Assembly: GCF_030684315.1 (NCBI RefSeq)
Contig: NC_081363.1
Coordinates: 27,964,116-28,028,115, forward strand
Source: Stegostoma tigrinum
Lineage: Eukaryota
Reading direction: 5' to 3'
DNA length: 64,000 nt
A program made the translations under genes and the position numbers. Below are positions 37,372-51,100 of this stretch, in pieces. Each line of letters begins with the position of its first letter. Within the stretch, counting starts at the first letter, position 1. The notes beneath the pieces were generated by a model. It saw nothing but the letters and a program-made list of their open reading frames with translations, searched no databases and was not told where the DNA came from.

Positions 37372-38134
37372 GTATCCTTTGTTCAATATCCCAACAACTT
37401 AGCTCATTATTAATATAAGTATGTTAAACCTAAAATAAAGTAAACAAGGAAACAATATTTCTATTATTTTGAGGTGCAACTTGAGAGACAATATCTCAAT
37501 AAAGTCTCTGGGTGTTGATCCAAAGTTCTTGTACATTTTTGGTCACTCATAGATCACCTTCATAGTAAAAACAGAAGTTTTTATTTTAGGACATGTATGT
37601 ACCGAATAAATGCTTTTGTACTCAGAAATAGGATATCTTAAATTGTAGGAAAGGAGCTGTTCAAGTTTAATTAATAATTTTATCTCTACTAAATGTAACA
37701 ATCTTTGTGGTCAAATGGCTTGCTCATACTTGCCATTTACACTTGTGTATGGAGACTGGTCAGTCAAGCAAGAAACTGAAGTGACTTGAAGCTATGGAGC
37801 CATAACTCAGCAAGGAGTTAGCTCCTTCAGAAATGAACTGGGGAGGAACTTGGACATAAAAATAAACATGTAGAAACATGCTTCAGTAACAAAACATTTT
37901 GAATAAGAGCTTTTGAAGGTGAAGATCTGAATGAGTTGTTCAGTTGTTTTGAAGGAAATCATGACTAATTTGAGATTAATCAGAACTTTTTAAAGTCAAG
38001 CCATGGATGTGATTTTTCAAATTTTTATCTGTGTTCAATCATGATGCTAATTTATTTTGATCAAACTTGGCCATTTAGCTGTCATTCCAAAATATTGGAG
38101 CTGCTTGCTGTGAACCGGTTAGTTAATTTGTGAG

Positions 38135-39185
38135 TAAAAACAGAAAGTGCTGGAGAAACTCAGCATGTCTGGATTACTGTTTCAAGTCTGGTATAATGCC
38201 TTTTTCACTGAAGCTGAATGGACAGTTAAGGTTTTTATGCTGTTGACAAAGGGGGAGATGGAGCAGTTGGAACAGATGGTGAGGGACACGATAGCAGAAT
38301 AATAGTCCCAAAATATGCTAACAATTCTGTCCTGGGCCTGCTGCATGCTCCAGTGAAGCTCAATGCAAGCTTAAGAAACAGCAAAGTGTGGAGCTGGATG
38401 AACACAGAAGGCCAAGCGGCATCTTAGGAGCACAAAAGCTGACGTTTCAGGCCGAGACCCTTCATCAGAAAAGATTTTTCTGATGAAGGATCTAGGCCCG
38501 AAATGTCAGCTTTTGTGCTCCTAAGATGCTGCTTGGCCTTCTGTGTTCATCCAGCTCCACACTTTGTTATCTTGGATTCTCCAGCATCTGTGGTTCCCAT
38601 TATCTCTTAAGAAACAACACCTTATTTTCTGCTTACAATCGTCAGGACTCAACATTGAATTCAACAGCTTCAGTGCATGAATTCCGTTCTCCTTTTTGAT
38701 AACATCTTCTCTCAACAACCCCTCACCAGTGGTTTGTTTGCTCTCAGTAAAGCTGATCTATTTTCTACTAATAAATTTTACTCAAGAAACTACTTAGTGC
38801 TACCTACAGTGGCACCATAAGTGGTGACTTATAAACTTTTCACTATACTTGTGAGTAAGTGACAATAAAGCTAATTCAATTCAATTTACTATGAATGCCT
38901 ATTTTGTATTGATAGTCTTCCTCTATTACCATTAGCACTCTCTTTGTCCCTTGCTGTGGCAACCTTCATAGTTTGTGCCACTCGCTCCTCTCATTCTTTG
39001 TCAACAGCACAAAAACATGACTTGCAGCCCATTTCAATTCTGAAGAATAGTAATTTCAGATCAACATATGCTTCTGCCTTAACTCTATTTCTCTCTCTTC
39101 AGATGCTGCTGGACCTGGGCTTTCTCCGCACATTATGTTTTTATTTTAGATTGATCACCAGTGTTGTTGTACTTAACTTTCATTT
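38135..39185. mobile_element. Old family 2 PLE fold-back with a GIY-YIG C-terminal remnant
   Basis: Family 2 termini at both ends in inverted orientation; internal VLGLLH..AQCKLKKQHLIFCL..GLNIEFNSF resembles IMGLLH..TRRLQEQQLIFRL..GINVDFTSF of element A. Confidence 0.6.
38381..38605. mobile_element. Mini palindromic PLE family 1 element nested in the older PLE
   Basis: Inverted termini around aaaag-a-ttttt; hammerhead-like cores on both strands (38440-38468 -, 38480-38507 +); TSD CTTAAGAAACA at 38370-38380 and 38606-38616. Confidence 0.88.
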
Positions 39186-39946
39186 CAGTATGTTAGGAGG
39201 TTTAGTGCCGCAGCAAGTATACAAAATTAAAATTAAACCTGGGGAAAGGCTTGTGTTCATGACAGTTGAGATGATGATCTAATTTGTTGTAAATGTTGTT
39301 TAATATCAACAAATAATAGAATAGCACAGGACAAGAGGAGACTGTGTGATCAGTCAAGTCTATGGTCTTAACCATTTGAAGAGTAAGCTAGTTAGTCCCA
39401 CACTGCTGTTCTTTCCCCATATTCGTGCAATTTCTTTTCACCTTCACTATTGCTACCTTCTACTATTGACTCTATTTCCAGCAACTTATCAAACAGTTTT
39501 GCTTTGCAAATCCTAACTACTTGTGTAAAAAGAAGTCTCTTTTCATGCCACCACCGTCTTAAATTTGTTTCCAGTCATTCTCAACCCTTCAACTATTGGA
39601 AATAGGTTTTTCATCAATTATTCTTTCTAATTCTTCATGATTTTGAACACCTGTAACAAATCTAAAATCAACTTGCTGCGTTTCAAGGAGAATTGCCCAG
39701 CTTCTCCAACTTATCCATGTAACTCTAATTCCTTATACCTAAATAATTATAATAAATCTCTCTATGACCTTTCTCTAAATCTTTTATGCCCTTCCTAAAA
39801 TTGGCCATTAATAGTTAGGTAAAGCGCACTAATTGACACCAAGCTCTCATTTTATCTTGATCGAGCAATACTTCCTGGGTTTTGTACTCTCTTTATTTAT
39901 GACGCCTCGGGTGCCTTATGCTTGATTAACTGCATAATTTCTACAG

Positions 39947-40085
39947 GTTACTCGATATTTGTAGTAAGAGGAGAACTGCCAGAATGTGACGCTGATGAGA
40001 TACTCAAAAGCTTGAGAGTGGTGCAACGAGACAGACCAAAGCTAATTGGAGAGGATGCAAATCAGCGAACAGAAATTGGTCAGAG
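39947..40085 (+). CDS. ATXN3: Ataxin-3 exon 7
   Basis: (G)YSIFVVRGELPECDADEILKSLRVVQRDRPKLIGEDANQRTEIGQ(R), 139 nt. Confidence 0.96.
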
Positions 40086-40328
40086 GTATTGAGGAATAAA
40101 ATTGCTCAAATTCTTCATTTCTTCCTTCTCTAAAATAATCTACAACTGTTGTTCCTCATTTTGGGTTGTGTTGCCATGTAAGTTTCTGACTTGTGAGTAC
40201 AGCCTATACTGCAGGAGCCATCTCCCAGACTGACAAATGAGGAAGTTATGCCTTATGCATTGGAAAAGTTTCATTATGTTTTGTATAGATTAACAGTATA
40301 TGGAATGTCATACCTAGTAAGGATAAAA

Positions 40329-40647
40329 CACGGTGGCTCAGTGGTTAGCATTGCTGCCTCACAGCGCCAGGGACCCGGGTTCAATTCGACGCTCAGGCGA
40401 CTGCATGGAGTTTGTACATTCTCCCCATGTCTCTATGGGTTTCCTCTGGGCGCTCCGGTTTCCTCCCACAGTCCAAAGATGAGCAGGCCAGGTGGATTGA
40501 CCATGCTAAATTGCCTGTAGTGTTCAGGGATGTGTAGATTAGATAGCTTATAGGCAGATGTGTCTGGGTGGGATGCCCCGAGAGTCACTGTGGACTTGTT
40601 GGGCCAAAGGCCCTATTTCCACACTAGAGATTCTATGAATCTATGAT
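40329..40647 (+). mobile_element. tRNA-derived SINE (HE1/V-SINE-like)
   Basis: A box tggctcagtgg, B box gggttcaattc, V-domain-like ggagtttgtacattctcccc..ctccggtttcctcccacagtccaaagat, CR1-like tail ctatgaatctatga. Confidence 0.85.
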
Positions 40648-40704
40648 TTAACTGAACAAGCTTTTTGTATTCTCATTTTGATCTTTTTAAAAATTGTTTT
40701 ATAG

Positions 40705-40874
40705 GGTACAGAGCAATGACTGGGAACGAGCAATTGATATGTCTAAATCGATTACAAATGTTCTGGATGAAGATGATGAAAATCTGCAGCGGGCATTGAC
40801 ATTAAGCCGCCAACACATGGAGACAGAAGATGAAGAAGCAGATCTACGGAGAGCAATTCATCTCAGCATGCAAG
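40705..40874 (+). CDS. ATXN3: Ataxin-3 exon 8 (UIM1, UIM2)
   Basis: VQSNDWERAIDMSKSITNVLDEDDENLQRALTLSRQHMETEDEEADLRRAIHLSMQ(G), 170 nt. Confidence 0.97.
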
Positions 40875-42724
40875 GTGAGGGTTGATGCTCCACTGTGATA
40901 GTACAGCCACGTTAACAGAACTGTTCTTAAAATGTCAAATCATTATTTTCAGAGAAAGATCCTACTGGTTATTTCCACAGGCTTTAGCCTCTAGTTATGG
41001 CTTTGCCAGTACTTATTGAAATTGTAATAAGTAAACTTTTACCATTTATTGAATACTGTATGAATATTTAAAATAACCTAGTCATTTTGTGTTAAGAAAA
41101 ATGTCGCATCCAATCTAATTTAATAAACAATTATGGTAGCTTTTTATGATGCTTTTAGAAAGTATGTTTCCCAAAATGAATCTTGGTCTGACCAACATGA
41201 TGTGCTGATTGCTGAAATCCCATTCCCTATTTATTTGAATGCCAGATTTCTAGCCTATTTTATACCCTGTTTATTATTCCATCTACATTCTCAATGGGAG
41301 AAGGACGGAAATAGAGAATTTGTGAGAAGAAAAACAGCTTACACACCAGAAAGTGTAATCCAAAAGCAAGGTGGTTGGGGAGGGGATTGCAGAGAGATTA
41401 ATTCTAAGCAGGAAACTAACAGGAGAGAGCAAACTAGAATAGAGCAGATCCAACAGAAAAAGTGTATGAGAATGAGAAATGGAGAGAATTAAAGCAAATA
41501 AGAGAGAGTAAATGGTAACAAGAAAAGCAATTCAGATAGGCAGGAGAATGATTTGAACGAGGAGCAATAAAAGAAGAAAATAAATAAGCAGTAATGATGA
41601 AGATTGGCAAGAGAATGCGTGAGAAGAACAGGAAGGGAAGAAGGAGACTTCCATTTATCCACCTTACCAAGCTATGGATATACATGCTTTCGATTTTCAC
41701 TATTGCAGGAAAAGAGAAACCATTTCTTTTCAGGCATCCCCTTATTTATATCCTTAGAGAAGTAAAAATGAATTTGAACTTGCACACAGAGTTGGCCATC
41801 TGTAAAGGCTTAAAGATATAATTGTGTTTGAATATAATTTGTTCCATTAAAATTATGGTGTGTCTGCTTTTGAAAACATCAATTAAGCCAAAGTTCAGTC
41901 TCGACTGTGATGTTCTACATGATGAACTAGTTATTGGTGTTTACTGTTCAGGCTTATGCAATTTGGACAGTGGTCCAGATGAATTTTCCATGTGGTGCCT
42001 TCTGGAAGAAAGATATATGTATTATTCACTTTAGTGGTCTTAAATTACAAAATATTAAAATGAAAACCTTTGGAAGAACGTATAAAACTTTGAATGGAAT
42101 TCGATCATTGCTGATTTAATTTGGACAAGTGAACTTTGGCAATGTTCTTTTTTAGTCATTTGTTAGCGATTATCTTACATCTGTGCACACTTGTTCTTGA
42201 TCTTTCCACTGACAGGAACTACTCTCCGTGCATACCCTGGCTAGATCCCTCATCATTTGAATATGTCAGTCAAATCTCCCAACCTTCCCCTGGGACAATT
42301 TTCCCAAAATCTGCATTCCGTTTACATAACTGAAGTTCTTCATGACAGCACAACACATAGAATATTGAAGCCTGAAACCATTCTTGTGAATCTTTTGTAC
42401 ATACCTGTGTCTTCACATGCTTAATGACCATGCTCCAGTTGAGGCTAAATCACACTATTATGCAAATTTAACATAACCTCTTTGCCTCTGTCTCCACTAA
42501 TGAAGTCTGGGTTGCTTTCTTAATTATTTTATGAATCTGTCTTGTCACCTTCAATGATTTTAAACAGGTCCCTTTGCTTTGGCATCCTCTTTAGAATTGT
42601 ACCCTACATTTTATATTCTCTCTGAGGTCTTCCTTCCAAAATCGATCACCCATTCCATCAGTTTGCCTCTGTCTTTTTGAACTTCTACACTGTCCTCTCA
42701 GTTAACAAAGTTTCTAAGGTTTGT

Positions 42725-42867
42725 ATTTAAACAGTCGTTGGATAAGCATATGGAAGATGATGGGATAGTGTAGGGGGATGGGCTTAGATTAGTTCACAGG
42801 TCGGCGCAACATCAAGGGCCGAAGGGCCTGTTCTGCGCTGTATTGTTCTATGTTCTATGTTCTATGT
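42725..42867 (+). mobile_element. CR1 extreme 3' end with (ttctatg)n tail
   Basis: ggtcggcgcaacatcaagggccgaagggcctgttctgcgctgtattgttctatgttctatgttctatg. Confidence 0.75.
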
Positions 42868-45280
42868 ACTGCATGTTGCAGTTGTTCTGGCTGTTCAAGC
42901 TGGAAAGTTGCAATGCCGTTGCCCTCCTGACAGACAGATTTCCAGTTGGGGGGGTGATGATGCATAATTGATGTAGTAGCCAGGGAAACTATACAGAAGG
43001 ATACAATAAAGTTGTTTTTGAAGTGACATGGAAGTGCATTTAGCAAAATGAGATGAAAATATTTTGCTGCAGGTTTTAAAAAGTTCTCTGCCACAGTGTA
43101 ACTTTCTAAGCTTTGTACCTGCACCACCACCCCCCCCCCCCCCCCCGCCCCCCCGATATACCTCACCACAGCACATCTTGGATGAGATCCATCTGGTAAA
43201 TTATCTACCATCATCATCTTTCCTGTTAGGAATTTACAGGGCTTGCTTGGTCTGGCATAGGGTGAGGAAAACTATTTGGTAGTCAAATGAGAAGGGACTC
43301 ATAGTAACTATAGGTGCTGACTATATTGCTGTTAGAAACTGTTACTGAGACCTTGAGGGTAACTTCTATGTTAGCTCTTACACCTTCAAGATTTAAAGCC
43401 GATCCCCCCACTTAAGTCCATGTGATGTCATTAGATTGAGTGTCGCTTAATGCAGTCTTCAGCACTATCTCTTTCAGCCCATTATGCAACAAAGCCATAG
43501 CCTTATCTGGCAATTCAGGTGGATGCAAAGGATTCCATAGCATTTCTTGAAGAAAAGCTGAGGAGTTCACTCAGTGTTTTGGTCAGCATTTATCTCCCAA
43601 CTATCACCTCGAACAGAAAATGCGATTATTAATTTTATTGTTGTTTGTGAGATCATGTCTGCAAAATTGGCTTTAGATTTCCTGTGTTGCAATTATGACT
43701 ACACTTCAAAGGTACCTCAACATCTTTGGCACTGCCTGAGATTGTGACAGGTACATTAAACACAAGTGTCTTTTTTTTTATTTTAGCAGTGATCCGCTCA
43801 GCCAAAGAATATGGAAGGAAAACTGACATCAAAACTCCTCTGTTTCAATACCTCTTCAACAATTTGGAATTTGGGATTATGCCAAGTTCAGCTTGTCTTC
43901 TCATATTAGTCAAAGTGATTTTGATACCCTTTCTATGAAAAGCAACTTAATTAGTAAACAACTATAGGTCATGCCATTCTGATTTATTTCATTTTTAATA
44001 AGAATAAATTTTATACACCATATATCTACATGTGTTATTTGGACTGCCTGTAGATTAAAAAAAGTTTTTATCCTTTGAAACAGAAATGTACAAAAGAAGG
44101 TGATTGACTTCAGATCCTTGCATGGCTGGAAAGAGAGCAAAGCTGTACTGTATACGTATGTACATACAGTCTCAAAAGGGAGAAAGGTTTCATTACGCTT
44201 CTGTTCTATAAACTGTTTCAGAAATAAAACATGAAAACTATGTTTTTATGTTTATGTTTGTTTGTAGTTTTAAAGCCAATTTCTACAGAGATTTAAAGTT
44301 TTTTTTGCAAGGTAGAATAAAGTAGTTTTCATCTAACCATACTGTTGAAGTGTAATTATATCTGTATGGAAATAGCGAAGCAGATTATTGCAATGAAATC
44401 AGCCCATTAAGGGATATCAAGTATATATCAAAATAGTTCCCTTAGAAATAATCTATAATCGAGAAACTAAATTAGTAATTTAATTGAATGCTGATAAGTG
44501 ACATCGTGTGTGAAATTTCTGTGTGACGTGCTTCTGTCTCCTTAATTGATAATCCACTAACATAATTGCACTGTCAGCTGTTTCATGTTTCTAGTAAATT
44601 TCCAGTAAATTTCAGTAAGTTTGTTATTCAAAACATAGAATGTTGCAGCACAGAAGGAGGCCATTCACCAATCATTTGAGTGAGCTCTCCAACAGTGTCA
44701 AAACTTTGTCGCCTTTCCCCCATAAATTTTTAAAATATTCCATTTTTACACTTATCCATATCCTTTTAAAATTTTTGTGAATTCTGTTTTTATTTGGGTA
44801 TTTGATATTAGGCAACTTTATGCACGTGAACAAAAAGCTCCTAACTTCTCCCTTCATACTTTGTAGTGATTCTAATTTCTCCTTGTCCATTTATTATTCC
44901 CCTACCAAAGCCTCTCAAAAATGTGAATGCATACGTCACATTAGAACTTTGCCTTGTCTGAATTGTGAGGTCATCTTTAATTCTGCAATATCTAAAGATT
45001 TCACTTCATAAACTTTACAAGATATATTGTCTTATGAGTCATTAAATTAAAAGCTAATTTTAAATCAAATATGCAACTAATTCACTTAAATATTTCAAAT
45101 ATGGCATATTGGAGCTGTAGCGTATGATCTTACAAAATGTTAGGATATCCATAACAACCAGTATCAGCTATGTAGAACTAGGCAAACTTCAGTTAGAAAC
45201 CAGATGCTTTCTTACAACCAAGCCAATTCTTAACATCAGTCACTCCAGCCTACCCCTGAACACTTTGGTGCAACCATCAC

Positions 45281-46063
45281 CAGTTTAATTTGGATAAATG
45301 TGAGGTATTGCATTTTGGTAAAACAAACAAGGGCAGGATGATATAATAGTGGGGCCCTGGATAGTGTTGTAGAACAGAGACCTGGGGGTTCAGGTACGTA
45401 ATTATTTGAAATTCACATCACGGGTAGATAGGATGGTCAAGAAAATGTTTAGTGCATTTGTATTCTTTGCTCAGACCTTTGAGTATAGGAGTTGAGATGT
45501 CATGTTTAGGTTGTACAGGCCATTGGTGAATTCTCTTCTGGAGTGCTATGTGCAGTTCTGGTCACCCTGTTATGAAAGGATATTATTAAACTGGAGAGGG
45601 TTCATAAAAGATGTACGTGAATGTTGCTGGGAATGGAGGGCTTGAGTTGTAAAGATGGGCTGGATAGTCTGAGACTTTTTTCTCTGGAGCATAGGTTGAG
45701 GGGTGATCTTATAGAAGTTTATAAAATCATGAGCGGCATCACTAAGGTGAGTAGCAAAGGTCTTTTCCCGAAGTTGTGGGAGTTTGAAACCACAGGACAT
45801 ATGTTTAGGGTGAGAGGAAAAAGATCTAAGGAGGATATATTTATGGAGGGCATCTTTTCTACACAGAGATATGAAATGAACTGCCAGAGGAAGTGATGGA
45901 TGTAGACACAGTTACAACCTTTAAAAGACATTTTGGTCAGTCCTTGAATAGGAAAGATTTGGAGGAATATGAGCCAAATGCAGGCAGGACTAGTTTAGTT
46001 TGGGAACATGGTTGGCACGGATTGTTTGGACCAAAGGGCCTGTTTCCATGCTCTATCACTCTA
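45281..46063 (+). mobile_element. CR1-type LINE 3' fragment
   Basis: FNLDKCEVLHFG, LRLFSLEHRLRGDLIEVYKIM motifs. Confidence 0.85.
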
Positions 46064-46120
46064 CTAGAGAAGGCCATAATATGGCACAACTGAAAAGAAG
46101 ACACATTCAAAGCATGAGGT

Positions 46121-47170
46121 CATAAGACTTAGGGACATAAGTTAGATAATTTGGTCCATCGCGTCTGATTTGCCATTCTGAAAGATCTGATTGACCTCAA
46201 CCCCCTTTTTTTTGCTTTATCTCCTTAACCTTATCTCCATAATCTTACTGATTAAAAATCTGATTGGCTTTGCCTTAAATACATGTAACAACCCAACCTT
46301 TACAGCTGTCTGCAGTAAGGAATTCTGCAGATTTGCTATCCTCAGAAATTCCTCCTTATCTCTGTCTTAACTATCTTAATTCCTAGCATTGAGATGATGT
46401 CCTCTGGCCTTAGACTCTTCCACAAGGGAAAACTTCCTTCCTGCATCTACCCTGTAAATCTTCCTAAGAATCCTGTATATTTCAATAAGGTCACTTATAT
46501 TTCTCACCGCCAATGAGTACATGCCCGACCTACTTAACCCCTCCTCATAACAAAATAGTTCCATACCTGGAATCAACCTTGTGAAGCTTTTCTGGACCAC
46601 CTGTAATGCCAGTACATCTCTGCTAGATAAAGGGACCTAAACAGTCCACAGTATTCCAGTGTGGTCTGACTAGTGCCTTGTGTAGTTCAAGCAAGACTAC
46701 CTTTTTCTCATACTCTATTCCTTTTTGAAATAAAAGCCAACATTCTGTTAGCCCTCACTATTGCCTGATGAACTAGGATGATAACTTTTTTATGATTAAT
46801 GCGCAAGGATCCCAAATCCCTAAGTGCTGTAGCTTTCTGCAGTCTCTCCATTTAAAGGATATTCAGCTTCTGAATTCTTCCTGCCTAAGTGAACAATGTG
46901 ACATTTTCCCACATTATATTCCATCTATCAAGATTTTGCTGTCTCACTTAACCTGTCTATATCCCTCTGCAGACTTTTTTGTATCATTCTCACCACTTGC
47001 CTTCTCAGTTATTTTTTGTATCATCTGCAAACTTGGCTGTAGTGTGTTCACTTCTCTCATCCAGGTCATTAATATACATGCTAAGTAACTGTGGCCCCAG
47101 CACTGATCCCTGTGGCACTCCATTAATTACAAATTGATATCCTAAAAACAGTCCCCTTGTCACAACTCTG
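46121..47170 (-). mobile_element. CR1-type LINE 3' fragment
   Basis: VQKSFTRLIPGM..YEEGLSRSGMYSL..DLIEIYRIL; minus-strand PQGSVLGP-like motif near 47110. Confidence 0.8.
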
Positions 47171-48499
47171 CAATGCATTATTTGCTGAAAATTTCGAAGT
47201 GCTCACTGTACCTTCCACCCTGTACATAGCAATGTAATAGACCTTTCCAGTGTTAACATTGTATGACATACAATAGATGTTAATAATTAGTTGGAGCATA
47301 TCACATTGTGATTGTACAATCTAGCTGATGGATTTTCACAGATTACTCATTTTTTATCACTTTTTGATCAGTAATGAAAATTCTAAAATCTAAAATAGGG
47401 TTTCACTGCAGCATAAAATTGTATTTTACAGTAACATGATTAAATTTATCTATTGAATTTTCCTTATATGCGTTCCATAAAGTTTTTATTTCAAGACAAC
47501 AGAATTTCTCAGACAGCAGGGAGAAGCCAAGTAACTATAGATCCTTCAATTTAATATCAGTTGTGGAGAAGTTATTGGAATCTATCATCAGAGGCAGAAT
47601 GACTGACCATTTTGGACAAGTATAAACTAATCAGTCGGCATGGACTTATGAAGGGTAGGTTGTGTTTCGTTAATCCAGTTACATTATTTCAGGAAGCCCT
47701 TAGTTTACTACTTTATAGATAGGGGATGTGACTATAAATGGATGTGCAGATGGCCTAAGATAAGAATACAAGAATAGAATGCTGCGAATACTGGTAATCT
47801 GAAATTTGCTATTTAGAAATGCACACTTCAAATTTACAAATGCTCTAAAAGCTCAGAAAAAGTTTTGAACAAGGGGTGTTCATACTCACTCGCACCAGAC
47901 CCCATAATTTGCCTTAGTTTAGGAAGCATCACAGCTCAGCCAAGTGTCTTGTAGTAATTTTAACAATTTTTTTCTAAGTGTCAAGTGTATAATGTGAAAT
48001 TCCTTACATAATTAATATAATGGCCTCAAAAGTGCTCAATGTGAAAACAGTTTTCTTTTTATAAATTTATATTTTTCACTCTAGCTATGCACTGAAGAAC
48101 AATTTGAAATCAATGTGTTTTCCAAAACATTCACTATAGTTTCACCTGAGCTTTGCAATTGTCCAATATAGCATACCTAACATTTGTCTCAGTCAAAGTA
48201 AATTTAAGATCCTGAATGTTTGGAACACAGTTTAGGCCATAAGCTACTAATCATTAATGTAACAATGTAATGTGCGCTTTAATCATTAGTAATGAGATAA
48301 CCAACTAAATAACAAGAAAACTAGACGGTTTCAATGAATCTTCAAATTTTCCAATACCTCATGGACTAATACCTCATCACTGACCACTATATTCTCTACC
48401 ACCTCAGGTGAATCCTTGGTGATTTGTTACTCAATTGGGAATATTAGCAACATCTTGCCACGAAAACCACTGTGAAAAATAATTTTAGAACTCAGAATG

Positions 48500-51100
48500 A
48501 AGGTTGAAAAAATACTTGAACATTGGAAAAGAGAAACAGGAATCATCATAATAAATGAGCCTGGAGACAATACTGATCGTAACATGGTAGAAATGCACAT
48601 TCAGTTTGAGAGTGAAAAGTACAGGCCTAAGACTAATTTCGTAAGCTTTAATAAAGGCAATTATAAGCATAGGAAGGTAGATTTGACTAAACTGGAGTGG
48701 GAAAATAGGTTAAAAGGTAGAATAGTAGAGAAGCAGTAACAGTCGTCAAAGGAGAAATGTCATAACTCTCAATAAAGATAGGTTCCATTAAAAAAAGTAA
48801 TTATTTGAGAGATGCAGTAGCTAAGGCTAATGAACAAAATTAAGGATGGTGTCAAATGGAAATACATTTACAATACCGTAAAGATTTATGGTAGGTCAGA
48901 AGATTGGACAATTTTTAGCAGCGACCAAAGAATGCTATTTCTAAAAAAGGGTAATATTAAAATATATATAGCTAGAATACAAAAATAGACCTGTTAATAC
49001 AGGTATTTAAAAAAGAAAAGTAGATAAAGTGCAAGTTCATCTTTGAGAAGGTGACAGTGTGACACTATTAATGGGAAACAAGGAAATGGCAGACGTTAGG
49101 CAAGTATTTTGTACTTGAAAGGCAAGTGATAAGCTTAAATCACTTAAGTCACTAGAGAAAAAGCAATAGCACAAGTAATGGTTGGCAGGTCTCCTGAACT
49201 TGATGGCATGCATCCTCAGAGATAAAAGTGGTAGCTGCAGAGGCAGTGGATGTAATGTTCTAAATTCCTTAGATTATGGAGTGGTCCCAGCTGATTAGAA
49301 AAATGGAATTATAACAGCTATATTGAAGAAAAAAGGAAAACAGAAAGCAAGGAACCATAGATTTATTAGCTTAACTTCAGCAGCAGGGAGAATACTTGAA
49401 TCCATTATTAAGGAGGGACTAGGATATTTAGAAAATCATAATGCAATCAGCCAGGTTCAACATAGTTTTGTGAAAAGAATTATGTTTGACCAATTTTTTT
49501 AATGGAGTTTTTTGCGGAAATGGCAGTCTGGGTGAATAATGGAGTTGATGTGATATGTTCAGATTTCCAAATCTTACGGGGAGATGGTGGAGTAATGTCA
49601 TTATGCTATTAAATGAGGTGCTCAGGTTAATGTTTTGATACTGGTGGAATTTAAACTCACTTAACAAGTATGAAATGTAAAGCTAGTAACCATTGTGGTG
49701 ACCTTAAAATCCTTGTCAATCTGTCATTAAAAGCCTGTCAGGTTTATCAGTGTCGTTTAGGGAAGGGATTCTGTTGTTTTTACCTAGTCAGGCCTCTGTG
49801 ATTCCAAACGCACAGCAATCTGATTGCTTCTTGATTAACTTCTGCAATGGCCTATCAAACCAGCTCAAGGGCAATTAGGGATGAATATCAAATGATGGCC
49901 TTGCCATGTGGTATCCTGTGAGGGAAACAAAGAAAATTGATAAAAGCTAAATAAAACGAACTCTCCCTCTAAATGCATTGTGGGTATACATGTACCAAAT
50001 GTGCTGCAGTGATGCGAGGAAGCAACCCACTACTATCTTCTCGAGCAGTTGGAGATGGGCAGTTGGCCCAGCCAGCAAAATCCTTGACTCCCCCGAATGA
50101 ATTTAGTAAAAGTTCATTTTGTTGAGTGTAACATATTAGACTGAATGTAGGTTTGATTAGCTAAAAGAAAGTATTGAGTGGAGCTAAATTCTTAATTTTC
50201 AGGTTGACAACCTAACTGATGGTGTACCACAGGGATCTCAGATGGGGCATCAACTTTTTCAATCTGTATTAATTAGTTGAATAAAATGTATATGATAGCT
50301 AAATTAGTTACTGTTATAAAAATAGGTAGGATATCTAGTTGAGGGGAGGGCATTGTCTGCAGAGGAATTCACACAAGTGAGTGAGCGTAAGTTATGCAGA
50401 TTGAATATAATGTGCAAAATGTGATTTTTGTCCAGTTTGGCAGGATACATGAATCACAAAAAAGTCAGCATGTAGGTACAGCCAGTATTTAGGAAGCAAA
50501 TGGGAAGTTAGCCTTTATTGAAGGGAATTTGGAGTATATATGTAGGACAGCTTTGTTACTGCTGCAGTTATGTGGGATTGTGCCTGGAATACTGTGTGGG
50601 GTTTTGGTCTCTTTGCTTAAGAAGTGATATAATTATATTGGAAGCAGTTCAGAGGAGTTTTATTTGATTAATTCTTAGGAGGAAGAGATTGTTTCAGGAG
50701 GAATGGTTGAGTAGATTGGAACTATGCTCAATGCAGTTGAGAAGAAAGAAGAGGTGATCATATTGAAGTTTATAATTTTAAAGCAACTTGGTAGTGTGGA
50801 TGCTTTCATTTATGGGCAGTCTAAAACTGGGGGAGACAGTTTAAAGATAAGATTTTCCCATTAAGATGGAAATTATGAAATTTTACTGTCAGAGGATTGT
50901 TAGATTTTGAACTCTCTGGAGAACATTGACAGTTGGGTTATTCAATATATTCAAGACTGAGTTAGGATCGACAGTAGAGTCCAGGGATATGTTGAAAAGG
51001 CATGAAAGTAGAGTTGAGACCACAAATGGATCACGTTATCGAATGGTGGAGAATGTTTGATGACCTAAATAGCCACCACCTGTTCTCATATTTTATGACA
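48500..51100 (+). mobile_element. Long decayed CR1 ORF2 remnant, interrupted by a SINE at about 49580-49925
   Basis: NFVSFNKGNY..W; SPELDGMHP-like, GVPQGSQMG-like and LEYCVGFWS-like patches. Confidence 0.6.

Noticed and set aside
40329-40400. tRNA gene
   Set aside because: It is the tRNA-derived head of a SINE, continuing into a SINE body and tail
41300-41650. Purine-rich stretch with ORFs as an alternative exon
   Set aside because: Low-complexity GA-rich DNA with no convincing splice sites or homology
43128-43154. Poly-Pro/poly-Gly ORFs
   Set aside because: They derive from a simple poly-C tract in ATXN3 intron 8
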